Positions 27,627 to 37,816 of a stretch of 44,152 nt of DNA are shown here, piece after piece. Position 1 is the first letter of the stretch, and every line of letters starts with the position of its first letter. The translations under genes were made by a program, and so were the position numbers. Origin of the DNA: Thermoplasmata archaeon (lineage in GTDB: Archaea > Thermoplasmatota > Thermoplasmata > Sysuiplasmatales > Sysuiplasmataceae); contig JAKABN010000002.1 in the NCBI GenBank assembly GCA_021796895.1, positions 1 to 44,152 on the forward strand. Direction: 5' to 3'. Below the pieces are notes generated by a model. The model saw only the letters and a list, made by a program, of their open reading frames with translations, made no database searches and was not told the DNA's origin.

Positions 27627-28511
27627 TCACATGCCGTTCTCCGGCTGCGTTTCCGCCGCAAACTCCACGGAAACGTACTGCTGCTGTCCCAGCGGTTCCA
27701 TATATATTTCACAGGGTGGAGATTCGTCCTGCCATATCCTGATCCTGCCCATTCTGGAAAGAAAGAGCATTGACAGGAACACAGTCACCGACTCATCCCT
27801 GCCGGATACCATGTCCGAAAAGGCTACGGGTCCCGGACCCAGCGAGAAGAGCCTGTCGAGCACCGCGTTTATCTCCTTCTCCGGATCCTCCTTATGCGCA
27901 TTGTCGCTGAACTTGTGTTCTGTCCGCTGCGGAATACCCGCTGCGCGATTCAGATGCTCTTCAATCTCGTTCTGGGCCTCGCTGAAGGCATCCAGCAGGT
28001 CCATGATGTTCACTTCACGGCTGAAGTTGGAACGAATGGCGGGCTCCAGCTCAAAGCCGTCGTCAAAGCTGACGGGGTCGTCGTCGAATACATAGAAGAA
28101 GTTCGGATTGACCTCAGCCTGCTCCTCCTTTGTCTTGACTATGCGCCTGAGCATCATTTCACTCTCCAGTCTGAGCACGTTCCAGGCCATGAATATCAGC
28201 CTGCCTGCGACAACGAAGTTGACTGCGTTTTCCTTCTTTATGCGTTCGAGGTACAGACGGGAAAACGTCACTATGTTTATGGCCCTCGGGTCCATGTTAT
28301 TGCTCATGACGAGTTCGAAGGTTATCGCTATGCTTCTTTCCAGAGGATCTTTCATCGAATGGTGATCGGCCTCCGGAAGCGACTTTGCTATTTCGAGATA
28401 TCTGCCTATCTCCGAGTACTTCCTTGCATCTTCCACAAGCAGCGACTTCTGGAACAGAAGTTCGTTGAATATTGCCTCGTATTCCGCTTCTGTACTGTTC
28501 ACCGTTTTCAT
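27627..28511 (-). CDS. scpA: Segregation and condensation protein A (kleisin, 294 aa)
   Basis: ScpA-like N-terminal helices (VTFSRLYLERI...AGRLIFMAWNVLRLESEMM) and a C-terminal winged helix (VTVFLSMLFLSRMGRIRIWQ). ATGA-type 4-nt overlap with smc. Confidence 0.7.
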   Translation of the reverse strand: MKTVNSTEAEYEAIFNELLFQKSLLVEDARKYSEIGRYLEIAKSLPEADHHSMKDPLERSIAITFELVMSNNMDPRAINIVTFSRLYLERIKKENAVNFVVAGRLIFMAWNVLRLESEMMLRRIVKTKEEQAEVNPNFFYVFDDDPVSFDDGFELEPAIRSNFSREVNIMDLLDAFSEAQNEIEEHLNRAAGIPQRTEHKFSDNAHKEDPEKEINAVLDRLFSLGPGPVAFSDMVSGRDESVTVFLSMLFLSRMGRIRIWQDESPPCEIYMEPLGQQQYVSVEFAAETQPENGM

Positions 28512-31500
28512 GAGTCCACCACTCCCTGCATTTCAGGCTGGCCTGACGTCTCCTCCTCCGGCAGTTCCCTGAGGAACACCTCGGAAACGCCGGACGACTG
28601 TTTCGTCACGCCTATGAGCCTGTCCGCACTGTTAAGCGTCACCTTTCTGAGCGATATCTGAAGGAATTGCGCAGTGTGGGACAGTCCCCTGACCATTCTG
28701 GCCACTGCCTCCGAATTTATTCCGTCCAGAAACATGTCCACTTCGTCGAGGAAGTAGACCGGAGACGGGTCATACTGCTGTATGGAAAAGATGAAGGCGA
28801 GGGCCGCCAGGCTCTTCTCGCCCCCGCTCAGCGCCTCTATTCTCAGCGTCTTGCGCTCCTTCTGCTTCACCCTTATCAGCAGACCGCCCTGCAGCGGATC
28901 GCGCATGTCTTCCAGCACCAGTTCCCCTTCGTTTCCTCCCGAGAGCTGTGCATATATCTGGACAAAATTGCCGTTGATCGACTGGAACACGGCCAGAAGG
29001 CCGGTCCTCTTCTTCGCGTTGATCTCCTCAACGAGATTCAACAGCGATCTCTTCTTCTCGGTGAATGCCGTAATTTCGCCTTCGAGGCTTTCGCATCTGG
29101 ATTTTGTGTGATCGTAATTGTCGATGGCGAGCATGTTGACTCCACCTATGGCTGTGATGTTTGCTTCAGACTCGGTTATCATTTCGCGAAGTTTTTCAGC
29201 GGTAAACTCCCCTTCGAGTTTCACTGCACCGGCTCTGCCGAGATTCTCCATGTCCAGCTGAATCTCGGATCTCTTGGCGTCAGCTGTTGCTATGCCGGCC
29301 TTCAGACTGATTTTGAGATCATTCAGCGAGTCAATTCTCTCAGCGATCTTCGATATCTCAGACTCCAGCCTGATCTTCTCCTGCAGGATTGCATCGCGCT
29401 GATCTCTCAGCGCCTTCTGCGAATTAAACATATCATCTTCCATCTTCTGCAGAGCTGAGACTTCTATACCAAACGCCGCGGCTTTCTTCTCATCCTCGCC
29501 GATGCCATGCTCGAGTATCGAAACCCTCTCCGTCGCGGTGGCGCGCTGCTCCTCAAGCTGCTGCTTCTCTTTCCTCCTGTAGTCGAGACCGCCGCGGCCC
29601 GTACCTATGCTGATCTTGAGCTCCTGGATGGTCTCTTCTGACGCCGCAATATCGACTCTGAGCTTACTAATCTTCTCAGTGAGTTCCCTGGGCTGATCTG
29701 AGAGCAGTTCCTCCGATTTCACATTGAACCTGGCTTCCAGCGCCGACTGCTCGGATTTCAATTGTGTGAGCTTTCCGGCGGCCGCCGTGCAGGCTGCCTC
29801 ATCGGCAGACAGCCCGTCTCTGAGTTTCCTGATTTCCATGGCAAGCGCATTGAGGTCCTTCTCTATCTGAGCCTTCTGCGAATTGAGTGTGGAGACTGCT
29901 ACGGAACCGTCTCCCATGCTGCCCTTCAGCAGCCTGATCTTCTCCTCCAGCGACGAGAGCTCGGACCTGACGGCATTCAGCTCCGCCGATTTCTGTTCAG
30001 ATTCCGAAGTGAGTGTCCTCAACCTCGAACCGAGATCATCCACCTTGCCCTTATCCGGTGTGCCTCTGACATGGCGCTCCATCGAGCCGCCGACCATTGC
30101 ACCGCTGGCTTCCGCAATATCGCCGTCCAGAGTTACAAGCCTGACGCCGCCCATGAACTTCCTCAGTTCATCCATGTTCCTGACGACCAGCGTATCGCCG
30201 AACACATACCACATGGCCGCCCGGTATTTCTCATCGAATACCACATGATCTATCATGAAGCCCATAGTCTGGCTCCTGGCCATCACGGCCTTTCCGCGTG
30301 GTCTGCCTTCCAGCATCTTGTTCAGCGGCAGGAATGTGAGTCTTCCGAGATTGCCTTTCTTCAGCAGACCTATACATGACGCCGCTGCGGCGTCGTCATC
30401 CACAATGACTGCCTGCAGCCTCTGTCCGGCTGCCGCGGACACCGCGTTCTGAAACTCCTCCTCAGGATTGCAAAGATCTGAAACAGTGCCGCATATGCCC
30501 TTTATCTCCCCCCTGTCTCTGGCATCCATGACAGCCCTCAATGCGCCGCCGCTGCCGAGGCGGATGTCGCTTTTGGCCTCCTGCTGAATCCTGGCTCTCT
30601 CATATTCCCGCGTAACCTGCTTGATCTGTGTTTCAAGCTCTCGAAGAGCACTGTCGAGTGTGGACTCCTGCCTCTTCTTCGTGTTGAAACTGTCCTGACA
30701 GCTCCTGAGCTCATCTTCCTTCTCCTTACCGCTCTTGCCTGTCTCCTTCAGCTGCCAGGCAATATCCCTGAATTCGAAATCCTTCGTTTTCTGCTTTTCT
30801 TCGAGGGAGGCAAGATCCCTGGAACCGCGGTCCACGCGGTCCTTCAGTCTGTCAGATTCTAGTTGTGTGTCGCGAATTACCGACTGAAGCGACGCAATGC
30901 TGACGGAAAGCCTGTTCATCTCTTTCTGTATTCCCTCCGCCCTGCTGTCCCCTTCTCCGATCCTCTTCTCCAGTGCCTGCAACTCCTTCCTTCTGGAGGA
31001 GTTTTCCTGCTGCATCTCCTTCAATCTGGCCCCGTCCGTCTCCAGAACAGATTCCTGTTCATCGATTGTTTTCAGGATCGCGTCATAAGACTTCTTCAAT
31101 CTCTTGCATTCGTCCTTCCTCTCTTCGAGATCCTGGCGGGCGGTTGCGGCCGCATCAGTATGTCTGGCCTTTGCTATTTTTGCATTATCGAGCTTTTCCC
31201 TTATCTCCTTCGATTCCCTGCCGCCGGAAGTGTTGAGTTCCTCGTCCTTGACCTTCAGTTCATCATCCAGCTTTCTCACTCCGAGTCTGGAAGATTCCTT
31301 CTTTGCTGACAGTTCCTCGATCTGTGCGGAACTGCGCGCGATCTGAGAGTTTATTGATTTAATCTCCTCTTCAGAAGTAGCCAATCTCCTGACCGCCAGT
31401 GTGTATCTTGCATCCTCGAGTCTCTTCTTTTCTGAGATGTACTTCTCGGCGGCTTTCTTCTCAGCCTCGAGTTTCCTGAGTTCCTGCTTCAATTCGCCGA

Positions 31501-32098
31501 GCACCGAGTTGGCAGTGAGAAGATTTGCCTCAACCTGCACCCTTTCTCTCTCCGCATTTTCTATCTCTGTATCGAATGCGGTTATGCCCGCTATGTTGTC
31601 CAGTACTCTCCTCCGCTCCGTGTTACCCATTTCTATGATTCTTGTGACATCGCCCTGCTGGACGAAGTTGTAACCGTCAGCGCTGAGTTTTGCCTCTCTC
31701 AGCAGTGTGTCGAATTCTGAGAGCGACGAACGTCTGTCGTTGACATAAAAATATGATGTGTATCCCTCTCCATCGTTCGAACGTTTGACCGTTCTCGTGA
31801 AGACGATCTCGTCTGAATCTATCGGAATCGAACGGTCGTTGTTGTCGAAAACAACCGATACTGTGACGAAGGATGCCGGATTTTTTGATTTTCCGCCGTT
31901 GTAAATGAGATCTGTCAGCTTTCCTGCCCTTATGACCTTCGAACTCTTCGGTCCCAGAACGAACAGAATGGCGTCGGAAATGTTCGATTTTCCGGAACCG
32001 TTGGGTCCAGTTACTACTGTGTATCCCGGCTGCAGAGGCAGTCTCACCTTTCTGCCGAATGATTTGAAATTCTCGAGGAATATCTCCTTCAGAAACAT
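28508..32098 (-). CDS. smc: SMC chromosome segregation ATPase (~1196 aa)
   Basis: Walker A GPNGSGKSN, a long coiled coil with a central hinge, signature LSGGEKSLAAL, Walker B YFLDEVDMFLD. Start set at MFLKEIFLENFKSFG. Alternative in-frame starts lie at 32104 and 32125. Confidence 0.95.
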   Translation of the reverse strand: MFLKEIFLENFKSFGRKVRLPLQPGYTVVTGPNGSGKSNISDAILFVLGPKSSKVIRAGKLTDLIYNGGKSKNPASFVTVSVVFDNNDRSIPIDSDEIVFTRTVKRSNDGEGYTSYFYVNDRRSSLSEFDTLLREAKLSADGYNFVQQGDVTRIIEMGNTERRRVLDNIAGITAFDTEIENAERERVQVEANLLTANSVLGELKQELRKLEAEKKAAEKYISEKKRLEDARYTLAVRRLATSEEEIKSINSQIARSSAQIEELSAKKESSRLGVRKLDDELKVKDEELNTSGGRESKEIREKLDNAKIAKARHTDAAATARQDLEERKDECKRLKKSYDAILKTIDEQESVLETDGARLKEMQQENSSRRKELQALEKRIGEGDSRAEGIQKEMNRLSVSIASLQSVIRDTQLESDRLKDRVDRGSRDLASLEEKQKTKDFEFRDIAWQLKETGKSGKEKEDELRSCQDSFNTKKRQESTLDSALRELETQIKQVTREYERARIQQEAKSDIRLGSGGALRAVMDARDRGEIKGICGTVSDLCNPEEEFQNAVSAAAGQRLQAVIVDDDAAAASCIGLLKKGNLGRLTFLPLNKMLEGRPRGKAVMARSQTMGFMIDHVVFDEKYRAAMWYVFGDTLVVRNMDELRKFMGGVRLVTLDGDIAEASGAMVGGSMERHVRGTPDKGKVDDLGSRLRTLTSESEQKSAELNAVRSELSSLEEKIRLLKGSMGDGSVAVSTLNSQKAQIEKDLNALAMEIRKLRDGLSADEAACTAAAGKLTQLKSEQSALEARFNVKSEELLSDQPRELTEKISKLRVDIAASEETIQELKISIGTGRGGLDYRRKEKQQLEEQRATATERVSILEHGIGEDEKKAAAFGIEVSALQKMEDDMFNSQKALRDQRDAILQEKIRLESEISKIAERIDSLNDLKISLKAGIATADAKRSEIQLDMENLGRAGAVKLEGEFTAEKLREMITESEANITAIGGVNMLAIDNYDHTKSRCESLEGEITAFTEKKRSLLNLVEEINAKKRTGLLAVFQSINGNFVQIYAQLSGGNEGELVLEDMRDPLQGGLLIRVKQKERKTLRIEALSGGEKSLAALAFIFSIQQYDPSPVYFLDEVDMFLDGINSEAVARMVRGLSHTAQFLQISLRKVTLNSADRLIGVTKQSSGVSEVFLRELPEEETSGQPEMQGVVDS

Positions 32099-32301
32099 CC
32101 GCATATCACCAGCCAGAGCTGACAATTGAGTGTACGAAACAGGCAGATTTCATAGTGCATCCCGCTCTGCCCGATAATAATCGAAGCTGTTTATAATAGA
32201 TACGGGGAGAAATGGCATTGGGGAAGCACAATAGGAGTTCGTGACGATCTTGCAACTTGTTCGAAAATCGGTAAATACAGTGAGAGTATACCACAAGCGT
32301 G

Positions 32302-33462
32302 ATGCAGGCATTCTCAGTCGGCCTTTCGATATTTGCGGCGGCGCTGGTGCTGCTGTATTTCCCGATTGCATTTATGCAGGACTGGCTGCTGCTGAAAAAC
32401 AGAAAAACATTTGCGACGCAGTGTGATCACGGGGGAAAAGCGGTCGAAGGGCGAAGAGTCCTGTGCGTGCTGACTACAAACGGACAGAATCCGCTGGTGG
32501 CAGAGCATATCCTGTCTGTGCTCCATTCCTACAACCTGAACATAGAGCTGTTCGTTATCAAGGAGGAGAGAGACAGATTCGCATATTCTGCAAAAGAGAT
32601 TGTCGTGCCGAAGGATTACAGTACTGCACATAATACGAAGAACAAGATGAGGGCGCTGCAGTACGGCATTTGGTACCTGCATGCCGCAGGTTATGGCGCG
32701 GAGTCGTACGTATGCCACCTGGATGATGATTCCCTTGTATCGGTTGAGTATCTGGAACATGTTTTCAGAATGAGCGAACACGCGGGACAGGGACACCTGA
32801 GGCTGCGCAAGACAGGTGTACACATGCTATCGACGCTGGCGGACATGGTCAGAGTTTCAAACTGCGATTCCTTCTGTCACTTTTTCAATTCGAGCGGACA
32901 CCCGAAATCAGTGCATGGCGAAGGTCTGGTGATAAGGGCGGATGTCGAGTATATGCTCGGCTGGGACTTCGGGACTTACGGCGCGGACGACCTGATCATG
33001 GGCCAGATGATCGTCGGAAGCGGTTACAGTTTCGGATTCATACCGCACCCGATCATGATAGCGCCGCCTGTTTCCGCCAGGGACTTCTACAAACAGAGGA
33101 GGAGATGGATCATGTCCATACTCTGGTCAAGCAGGCGCATACGCGAAATAGATTCCAAGACCATGGACTGGTTCCTGTACAGATATGCCGTGGGATGGAC
33201 CGGGGTGCTCGGCTTCCTGGTCTTTGCCGCAGGCATTTTTTACGGGCTTGAACTGCCGCTGCCCATCTATGCGATGCTCGTATTCAACCTGATGAGTTAT
33301 TTTCTCTTCTACCAGTATGGTTCGGCTAGAACGTCCAGGAAATACATGATACCGATGGCACTGCTGCAGCTGCCTGTGGCCCTTTACGAAGGCGGGACAC
33401 TGATTTATTCGCTGCTTTTTCCACCAGCCAGGGACTCGTTTGACGTCATAACGAAGGTATGA
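32302..33462 (+). CDS. Membrane-anchored family-2-type glycosyltransferase with D,D,D,QxxRW motifs (~386 aa)
   Basis: N-terminal TM, CHLDDDS (DxD), GADDLIMG, QRRRW, then 3-4 C-terminal TM helices. GTG at 32299 or ATG at 32302. Confidence 0.75.
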   Translation: MQAFSVGLSIFAAALVLLYFPIAFMQDWLLLKNRKTFATQCDHGGKAVEGRRVLCVLTTNGQNPLVAEHILSVLHSYNLNIELFVIKEERDRFAYSAKEIVVPKDYSTAHNTKNKMRALQYGIWYLHAAGYGAESYVCHLDDDSLVSVEYLEHVFRMSEHAGQGHLRLRKTGVHMLSTLADMVRVSNCDSFCHFFNSSGHPKSVHGEGLVIRADVEYMLGWDFGTYGADDLIMGQMIVGSGYSFGFIPHPIMIAPPVSARDFYKQRRRWIMSILWSSRRIREIDSKTMDWFLYRYAVGWTGVLGFLVFAAGIFYGLELPLPIYAMLVFNLMSYFLFYQYGSARTSRKYMIPMALLQLPVALYEGGTLIYSLLFPPARDSFDVITKV

Positions 33463-33611
33463 GAGCGACACAGGACCGTACAGATCGGCTGCTGGCATAT
33501 GAGAATTATATTAATGCAAATTAGTAAACATTAATTTTGCACTATTTCGAAAATCAAAGATAACCTTTAAATTCGAAACATACGTTTCATGGAGCCTAAA
33601 GAGGGGAATCT

Positions 33612-35294
33612 TTGGCAAGTTCTGCATCCGACAGGAAATTGAAGCGTGAACTGACGACAATGGACCTGCTGTTTTTGAGTCTCGGAGGAATTATTGGCTC
33701 AGGCTGGCTGTTTGCAGCCTCCGGTGCCGCCGTGCTCGCAGGCCCGTCTGCAGTTGTAGCATGGATTGTTGGTGGACTGATCGTTCTGGCCATTGCGCTT
33801 GTGTACTCGGAACTCGGCGGAATGATACCCAGATCGGGAGCTATTGTCAGGTATGCCCAATTCTCGCATGACAGCTTTGCGGGATACATATTCGGCTGGG
33901 CGTATTTTCTGTCTGCCGTTTCCGTTCCGGCCATAGAAGCCGAGGCCGTGGTGACATATGCCTCGACTTACATCAACGGACTGGTCGCAGCATCGGGAGT
34001 GCTGACGATACCCGGTATAGCCATTGCGATGCTGCTGATGTTTCTGTTCTTCGGACTTAACTACGTGGGCATAAGGATCATGGGAAAAACCAACACTGGC
34101 GTGACATGGTGGAAGCTCATTGTTCCGCTGGCAACCGTCATAATACTGCTTGGTGTGGGGTTCAACCCCGGCAACTTTGCACTTTCATCCGGCTTCCTGT
34201 ACGGCGGATGGCCCAGCGTCTTCGCCGCCATATCACTGTCCGGCATAGTTTTCTCCTACCTTGGTTTCAGGCAGGCGCTCGATTACGGGGGAGAGGCCAA
34301 AACACCGCAGAAATCGATACCCAGGGCAACCATCGCTTCCGTGCTAATAGGCATAGGGCTTTACAGCCTTCTTCAGGTCGTCTTCATAGGTCATGTCGAC
34401 TGGAGCGCAATCGGTGTCAGCGCTGGAAACTGGGGCGCACTGGCAAAAGCCTCCGGAGCGAAAGCGCTGTTTGACGCACCGTTTGCAACCCTGTCCACTT
34501 CCGCTGGACTCGTTCTGCTCACCTACGTGCTCTATGCCGACGCATATGTATCGCCTTCAGGCACTCTCAGCGTCTATCTAGGAACATCTCAGAGGACACT
34601 GTACGGTATGGGAGCCAACGGATACTATCCTGCGGCACTGACCAAGATTCACGAGAAATACAGAATACCCGTTCTGCCTCTCGTTGCATCGCTTGTCGTG
34701 GGCTTCATATTCTTCCTCCCGTTCCCGAGCTGGTACAAACTTGTCGGTTTCATTTCCGGCGCGACGGTGTTCACATACATAGTGGGCGGCTCTGCCCTCA
34801 TGGCTCTGAGAAAGCATGCGCCTGAACTCAAGAGACCCTTCAGACTGACCGGTGCATCCATATTGAGCCCAATCGCGTTCGTCGGCTCAGCTCTCATTGT
34901 ATACTGGACAGGATGGCCCTATGTGGCTTACATCGCCATCGCAATATTCGCGGGTCTCCTTGTCTATGCGGTGTTCTACCTTACCTCGAAAGTGGACAAC
35001 ATATTCACGGCAAAGTCTATGAAATCGGGCCTGTGGGTGCCTCTGTTCATTCTGGCGTTGCTCGCCTTATCATACCTTGGAGAAACTACCTACGGCGGCA
35101 TCGGAGTGTTTCCCTTCCCGTTAGACTTCGTTGTCGTGATAATCGTCTCGCTGATATTCTACGCGATATCTGTTGTGAGCGCCACCAAGACGGACGAAAT
35201 AGAACAGATGATATCTCTCGGGACACAGTACGTTGCGACAGAAGGATTCCCGCCGGTAGTCGGAGCGGCGGAAGGAGAGGAAAAGGAAAGTTAG
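33612..35294 (+). CDS. APC-superfamily amino acid/polyamine permease (560 aa)
   Basis: N-terminal LKRELTTMDLLFLSLGGIIGSGWLFA signature and about 12-14 TM helices. TTG start preceded by GAGGGG. TAG stop. Confidence 0.85.
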   Translation: MASSASDRKLKRELTTMDLLFLSLGGIIGSGWLFAASGAAVLAGPSAVVAWIVGGLIVLAIALVYSELGGMIPRSGAIVRYAQFSHDSFAGYIFGWAYFLSAVSVPAIEAEAVVTYASTYINGLVAASGVLTIPGIAIAMLLMFLFFGLNYVGIRIMGKTNTGVTWWKLIVPLATVIILLGVGFNPGNFALSSGFLYGGWPSVFAAISLSGIVFSYLGFRQALDYGGEAKTPQKSIPRATIASVLIGIGLYSLLQVVFIGHVDWSAIGVSAGNWGALAKASGAKALFDAPFATLSTSAGLVLLTYVLYADAYVSPSGTLSVYLGTSQRTLYGMGANGYYPAALTKIHEKYRIPVLPLVASLVVGFIFFLPFPSWYKLVGFISGATVFTYIVGGSALMALRKHAPELKRPFRLTGASILSPIAFVGSALIVYWTGWPYVAYIAIAIFAGLLVYAVFYLTSKVDNIFTAKSMKSGLWVPLFILALLALSYLGETTYGGIGVFPFPLDFVVVIIVSLIFYAISVVSATKTDEIEQMISLGTQYVATEGFPPVVGAAEGEEKES

Positions 35295-35311
35295 ACGCAG
35301 AACGCTGCGAA

Positions 35312-35357
35312 GAAAGGGCCGGAAACCTTTCAAACCATTTCCTTCATTTTTCTGTTT
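35312..35357 (+). terminator. Hairpin GAAAGG-N8-CCTTTC followed by a T-tract (TTTTTCTGTTT) after the APC permease
   Basis: Seen directly. Oligo-T tracts act as archaeal termination signals. Confidence 0.35.
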
Positions 35358-35463
35358 GAATATAAGACTCGATATTGCATGCATGACGGGGGCATACGCA
35401 AGCGATCACGCGATAGTCTGAGTCCACATGAATTATTGTAAGTGGTGTGCATTATGTGCGTGC

Positions 35464-36492
35464 ATGAATTACAGATACCTCGGAAAAACTGGCGTCAGGG
35501 TCAGTGAATTGTGTTTCGGCACCATGACATTCGGCTGGAAGGCGGATGAGCAGACCAGCCACCAGATGCTGGACATGTATGCTTCAGGAGGGGGAAACTT
35601 CATTGATACTGCGGATGTTTATGCAGAAGGAAAGGCTGAAGAAATAGTGGGGAACTGGCTGCACGGACAGAACAGGGACGACTTTTTTGTCGCCACAAAG
35701 GTGCGGTTTGCATTTTCAGACAGACCCAACGACATCGGACTGACCAGAAAACACATATTGAGCTCTGTGCGGAGCAGTCTGAAGAGGCTGAGGACCGACT
35801 ACATAGATCTGTATCAGGTTCATGCATGGGACCCGGCAACTCCGCTCACTGAGACACTGAGCACGCTGGACGATCTCGTGAGCGAGGGGACAGTGAGATA
35901 CATTGGCGCGAGCAACTTCAGAGGATGGCAGCTGCAGAAGGCTGTTGATATCAGCGAGTCGAAGGGCTGGACATGTTTCCGTACACTTCAGCCACAGTAC
36001 AACCTCCTCTGCAGGGGAACTGAATTTGAACTCATACCGGCGTGCAGGGCAAACGGCATTGGTGTCATTCCTTGGAGTCCGCTGCGCGGCGGGCTTCTCA
36101 CCGGAAAGTACAGGAGAGGCATGGATGTTCCGCCGGAGAACACCAGGGTAGGCGGTGCTTATCGCGAGGGCCGGAAGGAGATGTGGGAGAGGTACAACAA
36201 CGACGCGACATGGAACATCGTCGAAGCACTGGATAAGATTGCGGGCGAGCTCGGAAAGACTGATGCACAGATAGCCCTCAACTGGCTGCTGTCAAAGGAG
36301 GGCGTGACGTCGCCGATCATCGGCGCAGCTTCGCCCACACAGCTCGCCGAGAACCTGGATGCTGCAGGATGGAAGCTGGAGAGCCGCCACATGGACGAAC
36401 TGGACAGAGTGAGTGCTCCTTTCGTTTCATATCCCTATGACGAGGCATCGGAACTTCAGCAGAGAAGAGGCAGGGAAGACCACACCGGATGA
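35464..36492 (+). CDS. Aldo/keto reductase (342 aa)
   Basis: MNYRYLGKTGVRVSELCFGTMTFG, FIDTADVYAEGKAEE, DLYQVHAWD and IGASNF. Internal ATG chosen over the Cys-rich 12-aa extension. Confidence 0.85.
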   Translation: MNYRYLGKTGVRVSELCFGTMTFGWKADEQTSHQMLDMYASGGGNFIDTADVYAEGKAEEIVGNWLHGQNRDDFFVATKVRFAFSDRPNDIGLTRKHILSSVRSSLKRLRTDYIDLYQVHAWDPATPLTETLSTLDDLVSEGTVRYIGASNFRGWQLQKAVDISESKGWTCFRTLQPQYNLLCRGTEFELIPACRANGIGVIPWSPLRGGLLTGKYRRGMDVPPENTRVGGAYREGRKEMWERYNNDATWNIVEALDKIAGELGKTDAQIALNWLLSKEGVTSPIIGAASPTQLAENLDAAGWKLESRHMDELDRVSAPFVSYPYDEASELQQRRGREDHTG

Positions 36493-36527
36493 AGCGCAGT
36501 TCACTCGGGGAGGAAGGTGGCAGTCGC

Positions 36528-37733
36528 CTACCGTCCTGTTGCTGAGCCCTTCGACTTCGCTGGACGCCGCGACATTCTGAACTCCATCAGATAGAACAGA
36601 ATTGCTGCCGCGGCAGTGGCTGTGGCTGCGAAATACATCACCGCAGCGTAGCCTCCAGCATTGCCTGGGCCGAGGAGGGATGCCGCTCCTCCCGCTATTG
36701 CCCCTCCGGCTATCGGGCCGCCTATGCCTGACATGGCCATGAAGGATGCGAGCATTCCGGCAGATGCGCCCCTGCTGGAGGAGCGCTCAACGACATAGCC
36801 CAGTCCGCCTACGTACATGAACGACCATCCGACACCGAGCAGAAGCTGCGTGGCCGCAAGCTCTGAGAAGTTACGTACGAGAGTGAAAGAAAAGAATGTC
36901 AGCGCCGAGAGGACTATGCCCCAGAGAACGAGCGTGCGATGTGCCAGGCCGCGTGTGAGGAATCGCATGGCGAGCATCTGCACAACTGAATTGAGCACAT
37001 AAATGGATGCTACAAGAGAGAGCCTGAGGCCGTAGGAATAAGATGCAGGAGTGAGAGCCAGACAGAAGAGCGGGAATATAGCCCAGATTGCCGTGGCACC
37101 GAAATGGCGTATCGCAAGCGATATGTACGCCGCCCTGCCGCCGGAGAAAACACCCGGGGGAAAAAATTTCACACGGCCTGACGCGTTCTGCCGGACATAG
37201 CCGGATTTTAGGGAGAACGCGAATGCGACGAACAGAAGAAGCGATGACATGATGAAGACGGGAGCCAGGATGCTGTGTCCGATGATCCTTCCGGCGAACA
37301 GATACAGCGCGACTCCGGCGAATCCCTGCCCTATGGCCGAGCCGAGCGCCGCTATTGAGCTGAAGTAACCGAGATCTCGTTTCAGATCCATCGCATACGC
37401 GATCAGGGAGCTGCTGGAACCGGCTGAAAGGCCCAGAAGGAAACGCACTGCCAGGAGCGCCGGCGGCGACAGAGCCTCAAGCTGCATGAAAGCCATCAGC
37501 GACGCGAAGAGCAGGCCAGCGGCGAGTATGGGTCTTCGTCCGTACATATCCGAAAGTCGCCCGAATGTGTAGTTGCTCAGCAGCAGCGCAACGCTGTATG
37601 AGGCGACGATTGCTCCGATTTCCGCACTGTTCGCGCCTATCTCTGATGCATAGACAGGTACGAACAGCGTGGAGGACGTGTAAGCGATGTTTGTCAGCAG
37701 CTGCATGTGGAAATCAGTGTTGCCGCGGTTCAT
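36528..37733 (-). CDS. MFS transporter (401 aa)
   Basis: GRLSDMYGRRPIL (MFS motif A, loop 2-3) and about 12 TM helices. TAG stop. Confidence 0.75.
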   Translation of the reverse strand: MNRGNTDFHMQLLTNIAYTSSTLFVPVYASEIGANSAEIGAIVASYSVALLLSNYTFGRLSDMYGRRPILAAGLLFASLMAFMQLEALSPPALLAVRFLLGLSAGSSSSLIAYAMDLKRDLGYFSSIAALGSAIGQGFAGVALYLFAGRIIGHSILAPVFIMSSLLLFVAFAFSLKSGYVRQNASGRVKFFPPGVFSGGRAAYISLAIRHFGATAIWAIFPLFCLALTPASYSYGLRLSLVASIYVLNSVVQMLAMRFLTRGLAHRTLVLWGIVLSALTFFSFTLVRNFSELAATQLLLGVGWSFMYVGGLGYVVERSSSRGASAGMLASFMAMSGIGGPIAGGAIAGGAASLLGPGNAGGYAAVMYFAATATAAAAILFYLMEFRMSRRPAKSKGSATGR

Positions 37734-37816
37734 TTATACAGGCCCCAATCGAAGACTGGCGGAGACATTCCGGCTTCAGACATCGGCCATTTAATAATGC
37801 ACCGTTACAAGTGCAA

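Noticed and set aside
27216-32129. Many plus-strand ORFs (up to 263 aa) antisense to scpB, scpA and smc
   Set aside because: They are mirror-frame artefacts of the Glu/Lys/Leu-rich coiled-coil coding sequence, translating as Ser/Phe/Leu-rich low-complexity strings. No motifs.
24275-35294. TAG codons as possible pyrrolysine or read-through sites (TAG ends the genes at 24277, 25013, 35294, 36528 and 37817)
   Set aside because: Each TAG falls where the protein family normally ends, and the next gene or a terminator-like element follows at once. No in-frame TAG interrupts any recognisable domain, and no pyl genes are present.
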